Part shown: one piece after another, positions 11,235 through 24,057 of the stretch
How positions within the stretch are numbered: position 1 is the stretch's first letter
How the letters are laid out: each line of letters opens with the position of its first letter
Source: Squalus acanthias
Taxonomy: Eukaryota
DNA length: 64,000 nt
NCBI GenBank assembly: GCA_030390025.1
Contig: CM059436.1
Coordinates: 73,842,001 to 73,906,000, forward strand
Direction: 5' to 3'
The notes under the pieces: model-generated
Told to the model about the DNA's origin: nothing
What the model saw: the letters and a program-made list of their open reading frames with translations, nothing else
The model's database searches: none
Made by a program: the position numbers and the translations under genes

Positions 11235-11595
11235 ACATAAGAAATAGGAGCAGGGGTAGGCCATTCGGCCCTTCGAGCCTGCTCCGCCATTCACTAAGAT
11301 CATGGCTGATCTTCTACCTCAACTCCACCTTACCGCACTATCCCCATATCCTTTGATTCCCTAAATATCCAAAAATTTATCGATCTCAGTCTTGAATATA
11401 CTCATGATGTGGAGATTCTCTCACTGCTAACTTACCTGAGGAAGGAGCGAATAGCTCCGAAAGCTTGTAAAATTAAATAAATCTGTTGGACTATAACCTG
11501 GTGTTGTGCGACTTCTCATTTTTGAATATACTCAACAACTGAGCATCCACAGCCCTCTGGGGTAGAGAATTCCAAAGATTCACAACCTTTTGAGT
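11235..11595 (-). mobile_element. HER1/CR1 LINE 3' fragment carrying a Penelope-like insert
   Basis: Same 3' UTR as 6055-6404; interrupted at 11405-11521. Confidence 0.85.
11405..11521 (+). mobile_element. Mini Penelope-like pLTR insertion with hammerhead-like core
   Basis: 13-bp TSD TTGAATATACTCA (11392-11404, 11522-11534); CTGAGGA-A-GGAGC-gaata-GCTCC-GAAA at 11436-11462. Confidence 0.7.
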
Positions 11596-12469
11596 TAATG
11601 CTATTCTATAGCAGCTTTTTTAGTTGCTTCATTACATTGTATAGACACTGAAAGTGGAATGTCTATTACTTCTAGCTTCCATTCCCAGTCCCTCGTACTG
11701 ATTTGAGTTCCATTTATTGTATACTTATGATGCACATTTTATTCAACTTAAGTACAATGCTTTAATGTTATCTGTAAAATTATATTTTGGGTTGGTACAT
11801 GGTAATCTAAATCCTCATGCAACTATTTAGTTACATCTTTTATCTTTACTGCTTTTTCTGTTTGTGTCACCAGCAAATTGGAAAGTTACAGTTGATTTTT
11901 GGTATTCAGGTCATTTAAGTAGCTTGGAAGCAAGAGGTTGTTCGGTTTACACTTTCTTGGCTATATGCAATATTTACATATTTAACACTATAGTTTTAAA
12001 AGTATTCAATTTTTCCTTAAATGGGGTATCTTTCACTTATTTGGGTCCAAAAGCAATCTTGTCTCATTTCTTCACTAGTTTTGATTCGATTGCCTCGCTC
12101 CTGACAAGACATTCTCTGCTATCTTTATCCCTTCGCTATATTTCCCCATTTTCTTTACAGCAACGGGTGCGTGGGTCGGGTCGGGGAGGAAGCAAGGTGG
12201 TTAACAGTTTGGGTGTAGACCCTTCATTAGAACACAGTTCTAGAGTGTGGCACAGAAACGATGAGCATAATATATTCTGCATAATTGATAGTTAATCATA
12301 GAATCTTACAGCACAGAAGGAGGCCATTTGGCTCATTGAGCCTACACTGTCTCTTTGAAAGAGCTATCAAATTAGTCCCATTTTGGGGATTAAATCTTGG
12401 AACTCTCTTTTTTGTGAAAAACTTAAATCAGTGGCCTTGATCATGGGTTCTGGATTTTTGTGCTTGCAA

Positions 12470-12885
12470 CACGGTGGCATAGTGGTTAGCACTGGTGCCT
12501 CACAGCGCCAGAGACCCGGGTTCGAATCTGACCTCGGGTGACTGTCTGTGTGGAGTTTGCACATTCTCCCCGTGTCTGCGTGGGTTTCCTCCGGGTGCTC
12601 CGGTTTCCTCCCACAGTCCAAAAATGTGTGGGTTAGGTTGATTTGGCTATGATAAATTGACCCTTAGTGTTAGGGGGGATTAAATATGTGGGGTTATGGG
12701 GATAGGATGGGATATGTTAGGGGGAATTAAATACGTGGGGGTAGGGTGGGATATGTGTACTGTGGGGATTAAAGCAGGGACAGGGTACTGGATTTGGATG
12801 ATCAGCCATGATCGTATTGAATGGCGGAGCAGGCTCGACGGGCCGAATGGCCTACTCCTGCTCCTAGATTCTATGTTTCTATGTT
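12470..12885 (+). mobile_element. HE1-type V-SINE
   Basis: tRNA head GGTGGCATAGTGG..GGGTTCGAATC; V-domain GTGTGGAGTTTGCACATTCTCCCCGTGTCTGCGTGGGTTTCCTCCGGGTGCTCCGGTTTCCTCCCACA; HER1-type tail. Confidence 0.85.
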
Positions 12886-13333
12886 TATTCCATAGATTTG
12901 CTGGCATTTTTTTTTAAAAAAAAGCTTTATTTGCACTAAATGATTTTTACCACAGAGTTTACTCTGGAAAGGATAATCTTAGAAGTATATGATTTGTCAC
13001 ATACCCTATCCTTTGACTAAATATGTTATCAGTAATCTGCACACTTTAGGCATTTCTATTTTTTTGGAGACAAGTAATATGCGTGCCAAATTTGCACTGT
13101 GCATCTCTCACAGCAGTAAAGTAGTACCTTATCGCTGAATAATTGAAACTTTATCCACACTTCAGCTCTGGGTATAATGGTCTCTCATCTGATGGTCAAA
13201 GCTACTGATTGCAGTTTTCACAGAAAATGGGACAGAATCATAGAATATGATTCCCAGAACACCAATGAAAATCCCGTGTAATAACAACTGAATTTGATCT
13301 TTTCAGTCACTGAAGCAGTGGCCCTGTTTATAA

Positions 13334-13885
13334 TCATAGAATCACAGAATCTTAGAAAGCACGGAAGGAGGCCATTTCAGCCCATCGTGTCCGCGCCGGC
13401 CAACAAAGAGCTATCCAGCCTAATCCCACTTCCCAGCTCTTGGTCCGTAGCCCTGCAGGTTACAGCATCCCAAGTGCACATCCAAGTACTTCTTAAATGT
13501 GGTTAGGGTTTCTGCCTCTACCACCCTTTCAGGCAGTGAGTTCCAGACCTCCACAACCCTCTGGGTGAAGAAATTTCCCCTCATATCCCCTCCAAACCTT
13601 CCACCCATTACTTTAAATCTGTGCCCCCTGTATTTTGACCCCTCTGCTAAGGGAAATAGGTCCTTTCTATCCACTTTATCGAGGCCCTTCATAATTTTAT
13701 ACACCTCAATAAGGTCTCCCCTCAGCCTCCTCTGTTCCAAGGAAAACAAACCCAGCCTATCCAGTCTTTCCTCATAGCTAAGATTCTCGACTCCCGGCAA
13801 CATCTTTGTAAATCTCCTCTGTACCCTCTCTAGTGCAATCACATCTTTCCTGTAATGTGGTGACCAAGACTGCATGCAGTACTCT
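13334..13885 (-). mobile_element. CR1 LINE 3' fragment
   Basis: ORF 13420-13875: LERVQRRFTKMLPG..RRLRGDLIEVYKIM..FFTQRVVEVWNSLP. Confidence 0.9.
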
Positions 13886-15439
13886 GTTATAATACAATTT
13901 TTTTTAACCTGACTTTAAATTATAAACGCTAAGGTTGTATAGTAGTGTTGGTGCTAAACATTGTATAGAAGCTGCAGTTAAAGTGTAAATGCAGTCTGAA
14001 TCCTGAGCCGGAGCTCGACCTGACACTGAAGCGAGGCGGAAGAGAGAATCTTGACACCTACTTTAGGCTACATAAGTTTAATGGTGCAAAACAAACTTGT
14101 AATGTAAATGCATCTTTAGATTGCCTAAGCAAACTTTAGTGTTACTGCTTGTATAGAGTATGACAAAGTGCCAAATTAGTTCCTTTACATACATCTTTAA
14201 GTGTGATGCAGGCACAGAATGCATTCAGTTTAGCAAATGTGGCTGTTTTTTTTTTAAAAGAGCTGTTTCTATTGCCCTAATCCTAATTGTTTTCATTTTT
14301 TATAATTATACAACTGCAATTTTAAGAGTGATAATTTGGGTGAGGAAAATCTGAATACCACCCAGTGAAGCTACAAGCTACACTTGACATACTTCAGAAA
14401 ATATTTTTGTAAGTGAACAGGAACTAAGCACATGGGTGACTTGTCAGGCCTTTTTGCAGTGTTATTTATGTTGCCCCAAATACAGTTCCATATTTTCATG
14501 TTCTTATGAATGTTTAGAAACAGATATTTTGGGTCCTTGCTACAATTCTTCTACAATTTCCACTGTCATCTGCTCTTTCTATTACTGATGAATGAGTAGA
14601 ATCACCAAAGGTAATCATTTAGGGTGGCATCGGGAGATAATCGAGCAGAAATTCCAGAGTATTAATGTAACATTACACCCTTCATTCTTTTTCATCCCCA
14701 TCTTCTGCACACTGTAGGAATATAACCTAGCCCTTTGAGTTTTGGAAAAGCATTTACATGCGTTGTGCTCTGGACTGTGTTTGTTTATCCAAGTATATCT
14801 AATGTGAAGGCTGTTATGTCCTATAAAGGTTTTAATTTCATCCACTGTTCATATGATTACACACACATACTTGTGTGATTTGTTCATAAACCAGTTTGTA
14901 TTGCATTAGTTGCATTCAATTGGCTAGACTTGCAAAGAAAAGTTAAAGTAGCTTATTGTGAAGTGCACATGGCATAAATTTAACTATGAACATTGTACAA
15001 GTTTTGACACAGTCTTCGTGAGTTTCATAGTAACAGTGTTTCTGGCAAATCTGGAGTGAGTTGCTGTTTGAACAATGCTTCTAGCAGTTGGGTAGAGATT
15101 TTAGTGTGTTGATGCACATCACACAACTGATCTGGCTAGTTTTTACTGTACGTTTTCTGCTCAGGTTGCCAGGAGATTGACTAAATGTTGCAGAATTTAT
15201 GCGTGAGAGATAAATGACTTTAGGGACACCAACTTCCTCCAAAACAGAACCACAGCACAGGTGCAGGCATGTTTCTGGAGCATCATGCAGCTGGGTGGCA
15301 CAAGTTTCAGAGGAAGCTGGTATGGATTGTATTTAAAACAAAACCTCTAGAGACAAAGAATATATTTTTAACAATCATGGATTTCTAAAAGGATGTTCAT
15401 TTTTAACCAACCTTATTGAATTCTTGAAGTAACAAAAAG

Positions 15440-15760
15440 AGTCTTTCTGATGAGAAATTAAACTGAGGCCCTGTCTGCCCTCTTGGGTGGATGTAAAGAT
15501 TCCATGGCACTATTTTGAAGAAGAGCAGGGGAGTTCTCCCTGATGTCCTGACCAATATTTATCCCTAAACAAACCGCTTGAAAACAGATTATCTGGTCAT
15601 TATCTCATTGCTGTTTGTGGGACTTTGCTGTGCGCAAATTGGCTGCCATATTTACTACATTACAACAGTGATTACACTTCAAAAGTACTTAATTGGCTGT
15701 GAAGCAGTTTGGGATGTCCTGAGGTTGTGAAAGATGCTATGGAAATACAAATTCTTTCAT
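15440..15760 (+). mobile_element. Deu-domain SINE, 5'-truncated
   Basis: Similar to 4080-4385. Confidence 0.75.
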
Positions 15761-16081
15761 TCTATGTAATGATTTGGGTGTCAGCCCAAAGTGTTTCCTC
15801 GTGCTGATGGGTACTTTGTATTATATAATGTTAACTCCTGGAGTGTTACACAGAAACAGTCACTCCATTTCCCATTATCCAGCCAGCTCACTCCCCAGCT
15901 GACTTCCACTTTGGGTAGATTGAGGTGAAGATGACAGAATCAAGCTGGCTTAAATTCATTGTGCAAAAGCTCACAGTATAGAGTCAATGCTTGTGTATCT
16001 AAAATTATAAATTCAGTGCAAAAATTAAAAAAAGGAAGTAAGAACATTCCTCTTTCCATCCACTACTAGCCTTTTTCAACA

Positions 16082-18545
16082 TTGCTGGATGTGGTTCTGG
16101 GGAATGAGGTGGGTCAAGTAGCGTAAGTGTCAGTAGGGGAACATTTAGGGAACAGTCATCACAGTATCATAAGGTTTAGGTTAGCTGTGGAAAATGACGG
16201 GGAGCAATCTAGAGTAAAAATACTTAATTGGAGGAAGGCCAATTTCAGTGGGTTGAGAATAGATCTGGCCCAGGTAAATTAGAATCAAAGATTGGCAGGC
16301 ACTACTGTAATCAAACAATGGGCTGCCTTTAAAGAGGAGATGGTTCGGGTACAGTCGAGGTACATTCCCACGAGGGGGAAAGGTAGGGTAACCAAAGCCA
16401 GAGCTCCCTGGATGACGAAAGAGATAGAGAGTAAGATGAAGCAGAAAAAGAGGGTGTATGACAGATGTCAGGTCGAGAATACAAGGGAGAACCAGGCTGA
16501 ATGTAGAAAGTTCAGAGGGGAAGTGAAAAAGGAAATACGAGGGGCAAAGAGAGAATATGAGAATAGAGTGGCAGCTAACATAAAAGGGAATCCAAAAGCC
16601 GCCTTTTGGCATATAAATAGTAAACGGGTAATGGAGACTTGCGCATGGAGGTAGAGGGCATGGCTGAGGTACTAAATAAGTACTTTGCATCTGTCTTTAC
16701 CAAGGAAGAAGATGCTGCCAAAGTCATAGTGAAAGAGGAGGTAGTTGAGATACTGGATGGGATAAAAATTGATAAAGAGGAGGTACTCGAAAGACTGGCT
16801 GTACTTAAAGTAGATAAGTCAACAGGACCAGATAGGATGCATCCTAGGATGCTGAGGGAAGTGAAGGAAGAAATCGTGGAGGTATTGGCCATAATCTTCC
16901 AATCCTCCTTCGAAACTGGGGTGGTACCAGAGAACTGGAGAATTACAAATGTTACACCCTTGTTTAAAAAAAAAAAGGGTGTAAAGATAAACCCAGCAAC
17001 TACAGGCCAGTCAGTTTAACCTCGGTAGTGGGGAAGCTTCTAGAAACAATAATCAGGGACTAAATTAACAGTCACTTGGACAAGTGTGGATTAATTAAGG
17101 AAAGCCAGCATGGATTTGTTAAAGTGAAATTGTGTTTAACTAATTTGATTGACTTCTTTGATGAGGTAACAGAGAGGGTTGATGAGGGCAATGCGGTTGA
17201 TGTGGTGTACATGGACTTCCAAAAAGGCGTTTGATAAAGTGCCACATAATAGGCTTGCCAGCAAAGTTGAAGCCCATAGAATAAAAGGGACAGTGGCAGC
17301 ATGGATACGAAATTGGCTAAGCGACAGGAAACAGAGAGTAGTGGTGAACGGTTATTTATCGGACTGGAGGAAGGTACACCGTGGGGTTCCCTAGGGGTCG
17401 GTTATAGGACCACTGCTTTTCTTGATATATATTAATGATTTCGACTTGGGTGTACAGGGCACAATTTCAAAATTTGCAGATGATACAAAACTTGGAAGTA
17501 TAGTGAACAGAAGGAGGATAATGATAGACTTCAAGAGGACATAGACAGGCTGGTGGAATGGGTGGACACGTGGCAGATGAAATTTAACACAGAAAAGTGT
17601 GAAGTGATACATTTTGGTAGGAAGAACGAGGAGAGACAATATAAACTAAAGGGTACAATTCTAAAATGGGTGCATGGACAGAGAGACCTGGGGGTATATG
17701 TGCACAGATTGTTGAAGGTGGCAGAACAGGTTGAGAAAGCGGTTCAAAAAACATACACGATCCTGGGCTTCATAAGAGACCATGATGCGGAGATGCCGGT
17801 GTTGGACTGGGGTGGACAAAATTGAGAGGTCGCACAACACCAGGTTATAGTCCAACAGTTTTATTTGAAATCACAAGCTTTCGGAGCTATCGCTCCGAAA
17901 GCTTGTGATTTCAAATAAAACTGTTGGACTATAACCTGGTGTTGTGCGACCTCTCAACTTCATAAGAGAGGCATAGAGTACAAAAGCAAGGAAGTTATGA
18001 TGAACCTTTATAAAATACTGGTTCAGCCTCAACTGGAGTATTGTGTCCAATTCTGGGCACAGCACTTTAGGAAGGATGTGAAGGCCTTAGAGAGGGCCCA
18101 GAAAAGATTTACAAGAATGGTTCCAGGGATGAGGGACTTCAGTTACATGGATAGACTGGAGAAGCTGGGGTTGTTCTCCTTAGAGCAGAGAAGGTTCGAG
18201 AGGAGATCTGATAGAGGTGTTCAAAATAATGAGGGGTCTAGAGTATAGAGAGAAACTGTTCCCATTGGCAGAAGGGTCGAGAACCAGAGGACACAGATTT
18301 AAGGTGATTGGCAGAAGAACCAAAGGCAACATGAGGAAAAACTTTTTTACGCAGCGAGTGGTTAGGATCTGGAATGCACAATCGTGGCTTTCAAAAGGAA
18401 GTTGTATAAGTACCTGAAGGAAAAAAAATTGCAGGGCTATGGGGAAAGAGCAGGGAGTGGACTAGCTGAAGTGCTCTTGCAGAGAGTCCCCACTTGCTCG
18501 ACGGACGGAATGACCTCCTTCTGTGCTGTAACCATTCTATGATTC
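16082..18545 (+). mobile_element. CR1 LINE, 5'-truncated, degenerate ORF2
   Basis: [38 protein letters not shown]; tail ATTCTATGATTCTA. Confidence 0.9.
17780..17957. mobile_element. Fold-back mini Penelope-like insertion
   Basis: 12-bp TSD CTTCATAAGAGA (17768-17779, 17958-17969); perfect 66-bp inverted repeat 17822-17887/17892-17957. Confidence 0.8.
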
Positions 18546-18779
18546 TAACAACCAGGATGGTCTGAGTGACAGCTGATGTCAATGTCGCTGAAGAGAGGCA
18601 AGATTGGTTCTGCTAGTTCTGTCTGATTCCGCACAATTTTACTTCCTTCTTTGCCACAGACATTCATCAAATGATTAACACTACACAATAGGATCTTGAA
18701 ACTGCCTCGAATAAGTGTTAAATTGGGATTGAAAGCAATCATTACTTTTGCATTTGTAGCACCCAACTGGCTGTCGTGA

Positions 18780-20187
18780 ATGGTCCCAGTGGATTAGAAG
18801 GTAGCAAATATAACCCCACTATTCAAGAAAAGGGGGAGAGAGAGAAAACAGGGAACTACAGGCCAGTTAGCCTGGCATAAGTAGTTGAGAAAATGCTGGA
18901 ATCCATTATTAAGGAAGTGGTAACAGGGCACTTAGAAAATCATAATATGATTAGGCAAAGTCAACATGGTTTTATGAAAGGAAAATCGTGTTTGACAAAT
19001 TTATTCGTTTTTTGAGGATGTAACTTGCAGGGTAGATAAAGGGGAACCAATGGATGTTGTATATTTGGATTTCTAAATGGCATTCGATAAGGTTGCTATG
19101 CAGGATAAGGGCTCATGGGGTTGGGGGTAATATATTACTTTGGGTAGAGGTTTGTTAATGGACTGAAAACAGAGAGTAGGGGTAAATGAGTTATTTTCAG
19201 GTTGGCAAACCACGAGGATCTGTGCTTGGGCGTCGGCTATTTATAATCTAATATTAATGACTTAGATGAAGGGACCGAATTTAATGTATACAAGTTTGCT
19301 GACGAAACAAAGCTAGGTGGGAAAGTAAGCTGTGAGAAGGACACAAAGAGCCTACCAAGGGATATAGACAGATTAAGTGAGTGGGCAATAAGGTGGCAGA
19401 TGGAGTATAATATGGGGAAATGTGAGGTTATTCACTTTGGTAGGAAGAATAGAAAAACAGAATATTTTTTAAATGGAAGAACCATTAAATGTTGGTGCTC
19501 AGAGATTTAGGTGTTCTCGTATAGGAAACACAAAGTTAGCAAGCAGTTAGGAAGGGAAATGGTATGTTGGCCTTTATTTAAGGGGGTTGGAGTACAAGAA
19601 TAAGGAAGTATTACTACAATTGTACAGGGCTTTGGTGAGACCACACCTGGTGTACTGTGCACAGTTTTGGTCTCTTTATCTGAGGAAGGATTTACTTGCC
19701 TTAGAGGCGGTGCAACGAAGGTTCACTAGATTGATCCCTGGGATGAGAGGGTTGTCCTATGAGGAGAGATTGTGTAGATTAGGTCTATACTCTCTGGAGT
19801 TTAGAAGAATGAGAGGTGATCTCATTGAAACACACAAAATTCTGAGGGAGATTGACCAGGTAGACCAGGTAAGAGGTTGTTTTCCCTGGCTGGTGAGTCT
19901 AGAACTAGGGGGCACAGTCTCCGCATAAGGGGTTGGCCATTTAAGACTGAGATGAGGAGGAATTTCTTCACTCAGGATTCTGAATCTTTGAAATTCTCTA
20001 CCCAAAAGGGCTGTGGATGCGCAGTCGTTGAGCATATTCAAGGCTGAGATAGATAGATATTTGGACTCTAGGGGAATCGAGGGATATGGAGGAAAGTGTT
20101 GAGGTTGAAGATCAGCCTTGATCTTGTTGAATGGCAGAGCAGGCTCAAGGGGCGGTATGGCCTACTCCTGCTCCTAATTCTTATGTG
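18780..20187 (+). mobile_element. HER1/CR1 LINE, 5'-truncated
   Basis: RT remnants, LYRALVRPHLVYCAQFWS, HER1-type 3' UTR. Confidence 0.9.
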
Positions 20188-20439
20188 AGGTACGCTATTT
20201 TAAAATCTGAAGCATCGGTACAGTGATGTAGCTGACACATTAATGTAATTATTAAAGGTGATTGAAGGGGTTTACTAATAAATGGTATCTATCTATCTGT
20301 GTTACTGTCTGCATATAATGGCATCAGCTAACGTACATTTAAATGCAGTATTTAAACCAATTCCTTACTGATCTCAGATGGTTTTGGTACCGATTTTGAT
20401 GGCTTCTCCTATTTTTTTATGTAGCTCAATGAGTACATG

Positions 20440-20826
20440 AACATAAGAAATAGAAGCAGGAGTAGGCTATTCGGTCCTTTGAGCCTGCTCCGCCATTCAA
20501 TAAGGTCATGACTGATCTCCGACTTCAACCCCAACTTTCTGCACTATCCTCATATCCCTTGATTTCCTTTAGTGCCCAAAAATCTATCGATCTTTGTCTT
20601 GAATATACTCAACGACTGAGCATCCACAGCTCTCGGGTAGAGAATGCCAAAGATTCAGAACCCTCTGAGTGAAGAAATATCTCCTCATCTCCGTCCTAAA
20701 TGGCCAAACCCTTATTCTGAGATTGTGACCCCTGGTTCTAGACTCTCCAGTCAAGGGAAACAGCCTCTCAGTATCTACCCTGTCAAGCCCTCTAAGAATT
20801 TTATATGTTTCAATGAGATCACCTCA
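20440..20826 (-). mobile_element. HER1/CR1 LINE 3' fragment
   Basis: AACATAAGAAATAGAAGCAGGAGTAGGC tail, inverted relative to 19800-20187. Confidence 0.85.
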
Positions 20827-21530
20827 CTGTGTGAATAATGTGGTGCTGACAGAATTGGTGGGAGCTGTTATGATGGCACAACTGCATCTGTTCATGTGCT
20901 TTTATCTCCTCTTTCCCTCCCTACCTCCACCTAAACTCTAGATTTTGAGATTGGAGCCAGATAGATTGGGAAATCATGATGGTTTAAAAATTCACTTGCT
21001 AATATATTGCAATGTGATGGAAACATTAACAATGTGAAAATATATTTTGACTAAGGGAGCCAGCGAACGGTGAAAAATAGAGTTCCAAACAAAGTGGGAA
21101 TGTTGAAAATAAAAGGCCTGATCTGCAGAAACTTGGTGTGACCTGGAAGCGCGGGGGGCCTGGAGGATTTATTGCTGTTTGCTAAAAGGTGCAGAAATAG
21201 CCAGGAGTTTGTTTATTGAATACCATTGCCAAGTAAAGTTTTCGTTACATATTCTCATTTTATTTTTCTCCATTTAAAAAAAGTAACGTGAAACTTTCTT
21301 TGCGGAAAGAAAGTGGTTGCCTGGTTGCTGTAAAATTGACGTACTGTAGAACATTTTTGGTAATTATTAGAAATCTTGTGTTGTAGATGTGCAGAAATAA
21401 TTAGATTTTTGATTCCTGAAATATTTTTAAATAAAACTCTTGACATAATTGCTGATTTGCTGCAACCTACTGGATTAAAAGATTTTTTTAATGTAATCTT
21501 TTTATTAATAAATATCTTATTCTTGTGTAG

Positions 21531-21600
21531 AGAAAAGGATTTGGATGCCAAATACATCATACACATGGAAGGAAACAAGACAACAATCACAAACTTAAAG
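21531..21600 (+). CDS. KIF16B: KIF16B coding exon 2
   Basis: tcttgtgtag acceptor; (R)EKDLDAKYIIHMEGNKTTITNLK; donor GTATAG; 70 nt, phase matches exon 1. Confidence 0.95.
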
Positions 21601-22792
21601 GTATAGCACTTTAAAATTGTATCAGCTCATTTTCAGTATAGTACTGTATAGGGAACAGTGCATTCAATATTTATTTTTCAATATATTATATGAAAATTAT
21701 CACTTGTTGGGGTAGTTCAGTAACTTGACAATTGTATCTGGAGAATGCAGAGACCTACTGTGGAATTGCAGATGCAGCCTAGCAATTGTAAATTGGCCAC
21801 TTCACTTGTGGACGGATGCCTATTGTTTATTAAGAGCCCTGATAATCTTGACTTCATTTCTGTTGAAGCCTGCTTCTGTAAAATTATCACTTAAGGGTAA
21901 TTTTCTGTAATTTCACAGTCCATGCCTCCATTTTCATCATTGTAAATGGTGACCTGATTTGATAGTCTTTTAGACTAACTAATTACGTATGCCCTACTCT
22001 TAAGCTTTTAAAACTATCATTTTGTATTTTGCAGCTATAAAATGCAACCAAAATGCAGCTCTTATTTTTAAAGGACCAGGAAATGCTAGGGAGAATATTT
22101 TTATGCAAAGTGTTCTATCTCTACGGGGTGGGGGTGGAATGATAATTATTTGTTGGGAAATATCCTTTCTGTGCAGTTTCATTGGATACATTAAGACACT
22201 ATTTTAGGTTAGCACTTTTACAAGGATGAGCTGTATGTGTCTTAGAGTGACTCGTTTAATTAAAGCACACCAGTGCTTTGTACCAGCAGTGAGATTGGAC
22301 TAGAGCTGCTTGAGTCTGCCCTTGGAACTTGGATCACCAAATCAGCTTAGGACGCATAATGGCAGCTCTCCTGAAAATATAGCATAAAAATGAGGATACC
22401 TCCTAATTGTCACTTTAAAAAAAAAAGGAATGGGGGAAACCTTTCCTTCTCTTTTACGTAAATGTACTTACAGCATTTTGTTTTATGGTGTATAGTAAGT
22501 TACACACTGATCATATGAATGATGAAAATTATTCATTTTTACAGGCTATGGGGAAAGAACAGGGGATTGGGACTAATTGGATAGCTCTGCCAAGGTGCTG
22601 GCATAAGCACGGTGGGCCAAATGACCTCCTTCTGTGCTGTATCATACGATGATACTATGATATACGATTTCAAAAGACTTGACACCAAGAAATCTTGTGA
22701 TGAAATCATTCTTGCTGAGCCACAAAAGATAAGGGACTGGTAGCTGTTAAAATAGCAGAACAGTGACATACTGCCCGAAAGAGTGACAGGAT

Positions 22793-23011
22793 GCAGGATT
22801 ACTATTGCAACGACACATCATCAGTCGGGTAAAACTAACCTGTCTCACGATGGTCTAAACCCAACTCACGTTCCCTATTAGTGGGTGAACAATCCAACGC
22901 TTGGTGAATTCTGCTTCACAATGATGGGAAGAGCTGACGTCGAAGGATGAAAAAGCGACGTCGCTATGAATGCTTGACGGCCACAAGGCAGTTATTCCAG
23001 TCGTAACTTTT
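22793..23011 (-). pseudogene. 28S rRNA fragment (domain V, peptidyl-transferase region), diverged
   Basis: Reverse complement reads ..CATAGCGACGTCGCTTTT..GAAGCAGAATTCACCAAGCGTTGGATTGTTCACCCACTAATAGGGAACGTGAG.TGGGTTTAGACC.TCGTGAGACAGGTTAGTTTTACCC, with scattered substitutions. Confidence 0.92.
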
Positions 23012-23303
23012 TTTCCCTTGCTCCGTGATTTCTCTTGCAGTGGTCTCTACATGTCAGCCTGTCTGGGAAGATAACAAGCAAAGATGTGGAGTTTACAAGA
23101 GGAATGATGATGCAAACTTGTGCTTCATTTTTTTACACCTTTTAATTAATGAGAGCCAGCGAATGGGCTGAATGTGTGACCTGTAATGCAGTGTATGTCA
23201 ACTCCTTGTTTTGTGTGCCAGTCTCCACAGATGGTTGACGTGGTTCCAAAGTTCCATCAGCAGGTGTGCTATCTTGGAGCCACTTGACCCCAAAGAGGGT
23301 CTT

Positions 23304-23770
23304 NNNNNNNNNNNNNNNNNNNNNNNNNNNNNNNNNNNNNNNNNNNNNNNNNNNNNNNNNNNNNNNNNNNNNNNNNNNNNNNNNNNNNNNNNNNNNNNNN
23401 NNNNNNNNNNNNNNNNNNNNNNNNNNNNNNNNNNNNNNNNNNNNNNNNNNNNNNNNNNNNNNNNNNNNNNNNNNNNNNNNNNNNNNNNNNNNNNNNNNNN
23501 NNNNNNNNNNNNNNNNNNNNNNNNNNNNNNNNNNNNNNNNNNNNNNNNNNNNNNNNNNNNNNNNNNNNNNNNNNNNNNNNNNNNNNNNNNNNNNNNNNNN
23601 NNNNNNNNNNNNNNNNNNNNNNNNNNNNNNNNNNNNNNNNNNNNNNNNNNNNNNNNNNNNNNNNNNNNNNNNNNNNNNNNNNNNNNNNNNNNNNNNNNNN
23701 NNNNNNNNNNNNNNNNNNNNNNNNNNNNNNNNNNNNNNNNNNNNNNNNNNNNNNNNNNNNNNNNNNNNNN
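23304..23770. other. Assembly gap
   Basis: Run of 467 N. Confidence 1.
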
Positions 23771-24057
23771 AAGGAGGATGTTTACTAGATAACCGACCAT
23801 CATCGGTTTGACCCCTCGTGAAGTAGACAGCAAGTACCAAGACTCCTCGGGCACGATGGGTCGAATGGCATCTTTCTGTGCTGTATCATACGATGATACT
23901 ATGATGTAAGATTTCAAAAGACTTGACACTAGGAAATCTTGTGATTTAAATCATTCTTGCCCAGCCACAGAAGATACGGGAATGGTAGCTGTTAGAGAAG
24001 CAGAACAGTGACATACTGCCCGTACTCCTCACAAACCGCATTCTGATTAGTACAGCT

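Noticed and set aside
12470-12540. tRNA gene (also 3945-4010)
   Set aside because: These are tRNA-derived SINE heads continuing into SINE bodies, with no complete cloverleaf.
22793-23011. Functional rRNA gene or R2 target locus
   Set aside because: Only ~220 nt, mutated at conserved positions, and it does not include the R2 insertion site.
23142-23929. ORFs spanning 23142-23929
   Set aside because: Artefacts of translating the N gap.
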